A stretch of DNA of 64,000 nucleotides from Chrysomallon squamiferum (lineage: Eukaryota > Animalia > Mollusca), in contig CM022679.1 of assembly GCA_012295275.1 (NCBI GenBank), positions 17,050,001-17,114,000 of the forward strand, in the 5' to 3' direction. The notes beneath the pieces are model-generated. The model did not search any database. It saw nothing but the letters and a program-made list of their open reading frames with translations, and was not told the DNA's origin. Below, piece after piece: positions 54,137 to 64,000 of the stretch (positions are counted from its first letter, which is position 1; each line of letters starts with the position of its first letter). The position numbers and the translations under genes are program-made.

Positions 54137-57100
54137 ATTTTGTGGGAATATTCATACCTAGAGCAAAGTTACTTGAATTAAAGAAAATGTGTGATTGTTG
54201 AAACAATTATAATTCTAAGAATACAAAGACACAAAATGTCTACAAAATAATAAACTTCATATTCAGCGAAAGACTTTACAGTGTAGGCCATCAGGTCTTC
54301 TTCTGTGGTACCTATATATAGGAAATGTAAAGTCTGGATTATTTTTTTTTTTTTTTTTTTTTTTTTAAAACATTCACAAAATAAGAACTTAATGCTAAGT
54401 TAGTAGTACTTAAAAAAATAAAAATAATAATAATAATCTTTTCATAATACAGTTCATTATTGATAATGTGTCATCCATTTTTAACTGCAAAGTTTTAATT
54501 TATTTATAATCCGTATCACAAATGGTGATATCCCCTTGTATCTTGATAGTCTCTGAGGTTTTTATTTTCATAAAATTTGAATTTATTGACAGCAATCATT
54601 TGTACTGTAAAACAACTAGAAATGGCTCTCCCCAGATAATCATGAAGGCAGTCAGGTTTTGATTTGCGATCTTTGTAAATGCAGTGAAGCTAAATGAAAA
54701 AGGCTCTAAATCCATTTAGCTGCAAATCTCAACAATAGATTTATGATAGTGTCTGTATTGCTCTTGCATCTTTAATTTCTGCATGGCCTGTTGAAGAAAT
54801 AAGTGATTCCAGAAGTCTAAAGTTAAAACAAAAAAATAAAAAAATAAAAAAATATAAAAAATAATTTAATAAATAAATAAATAAATAAATAAAATGAGAG
54901 AAAAGAAAACCCAACAAAATATAGTAAGGCAGTTGGTTTAAATTTGCCAGTAATTAAACAAAATACTATCTGACAGTGAAATAAAATTTTGAAGAAGCAA
55001 GTCAGTTCTCCGGAAATATTTAGGATAAAGTCTTATTTTTCTCATTTCTTATGGTAAACACATTCAGTTGTCACAATTCTGTATGTAAATGTTACACCAT
55101 CTTGACAAACATGTTTCTAAAAATATTCACCATTTGTTTTCTTTTTTATAGATTAATATATGTATTTATTGTAGCTTCATCATGAAATACTTAGTAAATA
55201 CAGTTTATTCACTGCAGATTGTGTAATAAAAGCAGAATCAATAATTGAAAGACAGTGATGTACACTGGTGTTTTAATAATGTAACTGAATCCAAACCGTG
55301 AGAGCTTCAGGAAATGTAATTAATCTGCATTTTCTCTTTTAATATTATTACAGATAAAAGAAAGAAAATAAATCTTACAAACAAATGTTTTAAAAAAGAA
55401 ATCTGAAAGGTATTTCTCATAATATATAAAGACCTGACTGTTTAAAATGTTATTTAAAACTAATGTATACTGTCAGTAAAAAGAACAATACAAATATATA
55501 CATTCTGTAATGTAGCTTACATCTGAGTTTATAATGGTAATTTTAGAAGACGTAACAAAAAATATTTACTGTATTTTCTAATTTGATAATGTTTTAAAGT
55601 GAATTTCTGTGATGTTTTAACTTTGATGTGTCATAGTATTTGTGTATCCTTTAACAGCAAGCTAATGTGTATCTTGTACTTAAGTATTTTTTTTAAAGAT
55701 TTTTGCACATCTAAGCAGCTTTCTTTGAATATTTTTGAGTAAAGAGTTTTGATTATGAAACTCTCAGAATTTAGGAAAACTAAAAAAGTGTTATAAACAT
55801 CCATTTTTCAACTAATATAGAGCTAAACCATCAATAAATTAAAAAAAAAAAAAATAAATAAAAATAAAATTCATATCTACATAAAGATAAACCTGTCACA
55901 GAGGTGACCAGAAGCTGCCAAGGCTCTGTGGTGGACAGTTGCCTAAGGCATGTTGGATTGCATGATTAACTCTTCTTTTTTTGTGTGTCCTCTGACCTAT
56001 TTCCTATTCCAAACAGAGCTCAAACATTTATTCTAGCTGTGGATGAATGCTTTCCTATGTAAAACATATAAAAGATTTTTTCTCTTATGTATTATTTAAA
56101 AAAATAAAAAACAAGCATTATTGTTAAAATGTATCAAGAAATAGTTAGGGAAATATTAATTTATCTGGACAGAGAAACATATACACCGATAAAAGTGGAA
56201 TGATGAGTACAAATAGAAAGTTGTTTTATACTTGAGCAGAAAATTTCACTGTACAATATTGATTATTAGTTACATACAGCTAATAATGACTGTTACTATC
56301 TCAAAGTCTAATCTAAATAGACTTATAAAAGCTTGTAACATTATATTTAATATTTTATGTGCTGGTTCCAGTATAATGTTAGCTTTTAGCAGTTTAGGTT
56401 TATACTGTAAATAAAGTCATCAATAATGAACAATATGAGGACAAAATGATGTTTTATTTTAAAATCAAAACTAATTAGAAATATGTAGTTTTCAAAATGC
56501 TTTGAAATATAGAATATTTAATATGAAGACAAAAATGGTGTTTTTATATAAAAATCATAGTGGAAGAAATAATGTAGTTTTCAAAATTCTTGGTTTATGG
56601 AATCTTTAATCTTGAAACATGAAATATTTAAAATGGATGCAGCAAACTAAACATTTAACTGGAGCCATTTCCTAGCAATTTACCACTCTTCAGAATAAAA
56701 CCAAATTTGCTTAACAGACAACAAATCAATGATTTGAACTTTTTCTTAATTTTCAAATGTCATGTTGTCCAGTCATGGAATAGAATTCTAGGAAATAATT
56801 TGGCAAACTCGAATCTTCTCAATTATACAGGTTGCTTGAGATAAGCTAATAGTGTGTAAATCTGATTACAGGAACATTATTTTTCTTGCTATTATCAGCA
56901 AGTGGCACCCTCTGTTTGTTTCCCATAACACATGTCAAAGATGCAAAACAAACTGCAACAAATACAATCTTAAAGTTAAGTGGATTATCAAATATTTACA
57001 CAGTAAAATGCAATAAAAATACTAAGAAAATCCAATTTAAATAAAATACACAAATTTTCTGATGGCTATAAAATGAACAGTACTATGGAATTTATACAAT

Positions 57101-60100
57101 GTATTCAAATGTAGTTAAAATTAACCAAAGAAATTCTGTTTAGAACCATAAATTTTCAAATGTTGAAAGAATGAAATGACTCAGTTATATAAAATTATGT
57201 GGAATTTATATTTAAGATCAGTAAAAACAATTATTTTATTTTATTTATTATTTTAATCCAGTTTAGAACAACAAATTTTCAGATGATTATAAAATGAAAT
57301 TTAAGATAATTTAAATATTTATACTTCTTCTATTAAAATTGTTTAAAAGAACTCAAAGAAAATTTAGTTTAAATGAAGACAGAATGAGACATAGGAAAGC
57401 TTAAATGTGTGGTTCATATGGTAATAGTTAAACTTGTTAAGTAATTATATAATGATTGACCTTTCTTTATCTAATTTATTTCTGAATATTTTGGAATCAT
57501 TACATTTAATTTTTAATTTTTAATTTTTTTCATAGAGAAAAAAACAAGAAAACAACACCAAACAACGTGAGTTTGTATAACTGAATAAAGTGTAATAATC
57601 TCATAAAAGTGTAAATATGCATAACACATCATGTTCTCAGCAAGACTTTGTAAAGTTTATGTCGGAAAACAGATATAATGAAGCTGATGGGAGTTCACAA
57701 CCTGAAATAAATGCTGATATTTACATTTAATTAGTCACTTTGGAATATCTACCTATTTAATGCAAGAATTAAAAACAGTGTATGTACAACCAGAAAATTC
57801 AGCTTATAATAACATGTACTTGATCTGTAAATAAAATAATCATGACAATATTAAAGATCTTCATGTGTTGTTGTTTTGCCAAGTAAACCAAGCAAAAACT
57901 GGAAATTCAAATATATTTTTTGTAGTTGTTGTTTTTTGGACAGTGAAGTCATGGTATTTGGATTCTTCTGTCATTACATATTATCTGAAACATATACCTG
58001 AAACCTAAAAATCATTAACATGTGATGGGATACTGCTAAACCAGTATATTTTTAATTAATCAATTCATAATTTTACTCATTCCACTGTTCTTTCAATCCT
58101 CAATCCTTCCATTCATATATCCAATCATTCTTTCATCCATCCAATCATTCTTTCATCCATCCATCCATTTATTCATCCATCCATCCATCTGTATGTCCTT
58201 TCATTTATTCATTCACGAAAGCCAGCCTGACAGATTTGTCTTGAGCAAACCAGAGTTTATATTGAACATTTAAAAATTAAGTAAAGATGATATTCATGAA
58301 ACCTAGTAACAAAACCAAAAAAAAAAAAAAAAAAAAAAGACAGAAAACCTTCAAAACAACAACAAACACCCCCCTCCAAAAAAAACCCACATAGAAGTTT
58401 CTTTATAAACAAGAAGATGCAGCATTGTTATTTTTTTCACTTAAATAAACGGTAATTATAAAACAATTTTATTTTTCTCTGATAATATCTAAAATGATAT
58501 AATTTGGAAAAAATGTTTAATCTTATTTTTTTGAATGATTTTTTTTTTTTTTTTTTTGCTTGATGCAACACAAGAAAACTTCAACAAAAAATTATAACAT
58601 TTTTAAGGGTTGTGCACTGAAAACATTACTTATAATTAAGTAAAGTTTCAGACCAAAAAAAAAAAAAAAATTATTCCCTACATTTTAATTGTGAACTTTT
58701 ATGTAAAGTCAGGAAAAAATCAAATACAGAGGCTGACTGTGCTTTTGAAACTTCTATCACAAAAGATTAGGATGTCCAATAAAATGGCAGATTATACTGA
58801 TAGAGATTTTTTCATAAAATGGCTTTTTTCATTCAGTATTTAAGATTTATCAAATGATGGTGAGTCAGTGTATTTGCTGGCAACAAGTGATAATGTCAAA
58901 CAGGTGCCAGGGGGATAAGTAGAGGGTAGAGAAAATCTCTTTACATCAGCTTTGTTTGACAATTATTGTAATCAGTGTTCAAAAAATTACTACAACACAG
59001 TCTTTCCAATAAGCACTTGTACAATTAACAAATTGTTTTCACATCACAATAGTGCTGGCAATCTCTTGGGAATTCAGACAGTGTCTTAATACCATTTATA
59101 TCTCCTTTCAAGTATTCAGAGCAGTACCACTATTCAGTAATTTTTATAAATACTAAAAACATGTCATAATTTTATCAGTTTTAAAAATCAAATTAGGCAA
59201 GAATTCATTTTGATTACTTACAGCTAACGAGTAAATGTGCCTTTAGGCTTTTTTATACTGATGTTTGCATGTATATTCAGGGCAAAAGTATTAAAAACAA
59301 AACATAAAACATTTGAAAAATATTTTTAATTTTGTAAATGTAGAAACATATGCATGTATCAAGATAGGGAGAACAACAAAATATTTTATTAAAAAATATG
59401 TTTTTCTGTGACCACGCAAATGTCACTATATATATGTGTGTGTCTGTGTGTGCATGTATAATTTGTGTATGTCTGATAAGTTATAATATTTTTATACTTG
59501 TCTGACCATGTATTTTAAACACCATTCATGTTATTTTATAATGATCACAATTTTTGTCAGTTTTATTTTCTGATATCTGTCAGATATATTAGAATTTAAA
59601 CAAAAATTAAATATTCTTTAAAAAAAAAAAAGAATTTCCTTCAGTTCAGATTGAAAAGTTGAAATCATGCAAATATTCAAGAGAAAATAAAATATTTATT
59701 TACAAGTCTAAAATAAAAAAGTTATTAATATCAATTCAATTCCAATTACCTAAGTAACATGTTAAAATACAACTCCTCTCTCTACATGCAGTAACATTCA
59801 ATTATCTTCTCTCTCACAAACATTAGGTTTAATAGAGATACTTCTGAAATTTTATTTCAGGTGTATCTTTTAATTAATGATATATGTTATTAATATTATT
59901 AATATAAATATCTGAATTCCAAATTATGTGTTTTCAAGATGTAGAGCTGATGATTTAAGACATACTAGTGAACTTTTATTTCATGTGCAGCCTGCAATAA
60001 ACTGTGATGTTAATATAAGTCTCTGAATTGAGAATTATGAACATGTAGACCTGATCACACTCACTGATGATGTTAATTTACAGAGACAGAGAGAAGTGTC

Positions 60101-60309
60101 TGGGGAAGGTAATCAGTCTGGTGATAAATGCTGAGACAACCCAGTATGGCAGGTAGTCAACTCACATCTTTGATCAACATTTATTGGTAGTGATCTTCAC
60201 TTTGAGGCTTTTCAAAATCCAGCCATTACCATTTTGTTATATATCTGTTTGTAGATGATACGTAGCAATGAAATAGTTTTTTTCACTTCAGATATAAAAG
60301 CTAATAATG

Positions 60310-61080
60310 TGTGTTCATTTAATCTGTAAAACAAAAGAAGGGAGATGTTAGTACACAGAGGATTCTGAAAAATGATTTTAATTGAGATACATAAACTAAT
60401 AATTATATCATAAAATACAAAGACACCTAGTTTAATTAATCTACATAAAAAAAAAATATGCAGGTTATCAAAAACAAAAAACAAAAAAGCATTTAAGTTC
60501 AGATACGTAAACTAATAATTATATTATGAAATACACAGACACTTATGTTTGGTTAACCTAAAAAATAAGAGGAAATATCAGTACATCCAGGTTATTAAAA
60601 AAATTCATTTTAATTGTCATATTAGACTAATAATTATATCATGAAATACACTGACATGTGTGTCAGTTAATACATAAAACCTAAGAAAGAAGATATAGGT
60701 ACACTCTGGTTAATAAATTAACTAAATAAATACATGTGTTCATTTAATCTTTATCTGCAAAAAAGTGGAGATATTGGATATGAATACAAGATTAGTTAAT
60801 AAATATTTAAATTGAGATATAAATTTATAATAAATTAATAAAATACTAAATACTTACACACATATTTAGGTAATATGCAATGCAAATGAATTGAAGTAGA
60901 AAAGTATTAAACAGTGGAGATTTTGGATATGAATACAAGACTAGTTAATAAATATTTCAATTGATATATAAACTTAAAATAAATGAATAACTTATTAAAT
61001 ACTTACACACATACTTAAGCAATATGTAATGCAAATGAATTGAAGTAGAAAAGTATTAAACATTACTTATTATTTAATCT
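60310..61080. repeat. Degenerate satellite-like region including a ~149-bp duplication (60764-60912 / 60913-61062)
   Basis: AGTGGAGAT.TTGGATATGAATACAAGA...TTGAAGTAGAAAAGTATTAAACA occurs twice, and ACTAATAATTATA recurs upstream every ~115 bp. Confidence 0.8.
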
Positions 61081-63410
61081 TATCATTCAGCTATCTTAAA
61101 AACTTTGAATGAATTAAAAGCACTATGAATATATAAATAACTAAAAAAAGCAATATCATTTTTTAAATGAAGAAGCTGTGAAATATAAAATAGTAATAAT
61201 CTAAATTTGAGAAAACATCTCAAATGCTGGTTAATCTTGTTTACAAGTTTTGCAATATAAAAACTGTTCGGAGAATTCTTTTGTTGGAAGCATATTGTCA
61301 GTAATACGTAATAGCCCATTAATTAATAGTAATTGATTGTTTTTGCAGTTACAGTAACCATTAGCACATTCAGTAAGTACTAATTTTATTGCCCATATTA
61401 ACAGTATAAGAGATAAATGTCTAATTCAGAATTGGCAACATTGGCAAAGATGACGATGTTCTATAGAGAGATGTAGGCAGAATGGGGTTAAAGACAACTA
61501 AAAGTCTTTACAGTGAATTAGAACAAGTTCTTGATTGCATGCAAACAAAAGTTATTTCAATTTGCTGGAGCCAGCATACCAAACAAAGACTACTGATGAG
61601 GCTAAATGATGCCAGTAATAGCTTGAAGAGAATTCACAGAGAATTTTTCATTTCATCAAGAGAATACAGAATATGTCATATTTTTCACTACATCTGTAAT
61701 TAGCAACATGAAAATTCTTTGCAGATCATGGACGCTCAAGAAAATCAGCATTTGACAAGAGTCAAATTATCAAATCGTAAGATTTAATTTCGTTTCATCA
61801 GCATACAGACGTTAATATACAAATATAATTTTTTTGTAACAAATGTATTAAGTGAAAAACAAAGATTGTCATAAATGATGAAGTTTTTGAGACTTGTTCT
61901 TATTTCTGAAAAGGCAAGACAGATGTTATTTTATATATATTTTTTTATAACTGATCTTGGTAAACTTTGATTTATTCCAGCCATGACCAAGACCCAGATT
62001 CTACAGTTTCATAACCTCTTACACTTGAGTTGTAGAGAAAAGGAGATAAACACTTAAGCTCTATCATTTTAATTCACACAATACATTACACTGAGCAGTA
62101 AGAAGGCCATTTCTGATAAGCTAATGTCTGTTTGACAGGCCTTTGTTTGTTCAGTGTTTAGTACACTTTGTCAAACTCTAAGCTCAGCCTAATGGAGTTG
62201 GCAGTGGTTTCTAAGTAAATGGCCCTTGGTGATAACATCATAAGTTTATGTAATTTCAGGTTATGCATTATTTCTTAATTCTCCATTAGCATGAATAACT
62301 TAAGGAATATCTTTTGCTATTATAGATTATTATTTTTAAGAATATATCCAGTATGAGAAATCAGTATTCATATTTTGTTTTAAAAATTAGAATTAAAATT
62401 GAAATATATTTATATGATTTGTTAAAAATAATCTTAATTTGCAAAAAAGATTTGATTAATTAAAACACATCTGGAGAAACAAAAACAAAAATAAAACCAC
62501 ACTTTATTCTGTAAACTTAAAATATTTATTTCATTATATAGCTTTAATTCTTTCAGCCAACCACTTTTGATGCACTATTTCCATGTTGAAAAAAAAAAAA
62601 GAAAAAAAAAAGAAGAAAAAAAGAATAAATAGATGTTATCATGACAGTTGTTCTCGCTAAAATTTACAAGAAATAAATGCTGTTGGATAGCAAAAAGTTA
62701 AAAGAAGAATAATTAAAACAGGGCAAGAAATATTTGCTACAACTGCTACAGATATAATGCAAACATTTGAAACATTACTACATACCAATTAAAAATTAAT
62801 TCTCACACCAACTATTATAACTGTATTGACAATTTAAACATAGAATACAAAATATCACATTAGTGGAATATTGCTATTAACCAGACAATAAATAAATCCA
62901 GCCTAAATTTCATCATAACGTAATTTTATTTATTACCATACTGAAACATCCATCTGTAGAATTAACAAAAATTTCATTCAATCGTAGTGTTTTTACACTG
63001 TTGAAGGCAACAGACTATTTATAAAATATTATCAAATGTAAACTGAAAAAAGAGTAAGCACAAGTTTACACCAAATTAAGTCATTCTGGGTTATTATAAA
63101 GGACTGTGATATTTGTGCAGATGAATTGTAATGGCCATTTCTGATCAGACCATATAGACAACAACAAACAATAGAAATATAAAGACTAAAAACAGATTTA
63201 AAAACAGCTATCACGTTTTTGGTCTACAAATTCAACAGATATATTTTATTTGTAATACAAATATACAATCAAAAACACACTTTTGTGAGTTAAAATATTC
63301 AAAAAATCAACAAAAGAGTCAAAAACAATGTAAATAAGATCAGAATTCATCATTGGCTGTTTGAAGAATGGTTTAATGTTTCAGTTGGTTATAACAAGTT
63401 TGAATGTTTT

Positions 63411-63542
63411 CTATACTCCTAGAAGGAAAGCGTGCTTCGCTGACTGCAGATTGTGGACAGGATCTAGTGGTTGTGCTAGTGGGTTGTTCAGGGTGGCATT
63501 GAAAGTTCCCTTTAATACTGTGTCTTGAATGAGTGGTGAAAA
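63411..63542 (-). CDS. Putative terminal coding exon of an unidentified upstream gene (FSPLIQDTVLKGTFNATLNNPLAQPLDPVHNLQSAKHAFLLGV*)
   Basis: Strong acceptor atgtttcttctttttcag| at 63543/63542, with an abrupt GC rise over the exon. 43 open codons to TAG (63411-63413) and AATAAA on the minus strand at 63245-63250. No protein family recognised, and a second frame is also open. Confidence 0.45.
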   Translation of the reverse strand, partial: FSPLIQDTVLKGTFNATLNNPLAQPLDPVHNLQSAKHAFLLGV

Positions 63543-63780
63543 CTGAAAAAGAAGAAACATATAATATTAAATAAAAATGTCTAAAAATTCATACTGTCCA
63601 TTTAAACTAGTTTTTGAAAAGGATGGTACCACACTTTAGTATTATTATGAGATTTTCATACAAACAGGTAAAAGATAACTTGACACTAAGTGATCTGACT
63701 ATATATACGACATGTCCCACATTAATTCTGTGGGTTTTATTATTATCACTTATCAGAAATTACATCTATATTTATTTGTG

Positions 63781-63843
63781 CACACGCACACGCACACGCA
63801 CACACACACGCACACACACACACACACATACACACACACACAC
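63781..63843. repeat. (CACACG)n/(CA)n microsatellite
   Basis: Directly visible. Confidence 0.93.
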
Positions 63844-64000
63844 CTATATAATTACACATGCATATATATCTATATCTAAATCTATATATTTATATATTAT
63901 ATAGGTGTTTGCAATACCTAAAAAAAAAAGTCAGAATGTCAAATATTTTTGTAAACTGTAATCTATATGATTAATGTGTATATATTTATTAACTTAGATA

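Overview
This is eukaryotic (animal) genomic DNA: very AT-rich, strongly CpG-depleted, and full of microsatellites and decayed SINE-like repeats. It looks lophotrochozoan and probably gastropod, which is inferred from repeat style only. The window holds the 5' part of a minus-strand netrin receptor gene of the UNC-5 family. A 5'UTR plus signal-peptide exon (44200-44640, ATG at 44290) splices in phase 1 across a ~42.6 kb intron to the first Ig-domain exon (1180-1560), and the gene continues off the left edge. The only clear CpG-rich island (~44.0-45.1 kb) lies over and just upstream of the first coding exon and carries CCAAT and ETS motifs. A candidate last coding exon of an unidentified upstream minus-strand gene lies at 63411-63542. 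Almost all other ORF-track entries are spurious. I found no prokaryotic-type system such as CRISPR and cannot support a wholly new biological system. The best leads are an unpaired 3' splice site just downstream of a promoter-like island, three uORFs, candidate recursive splice sites, a divergent Ig1 ligand face, and motif-rich minisatellites.
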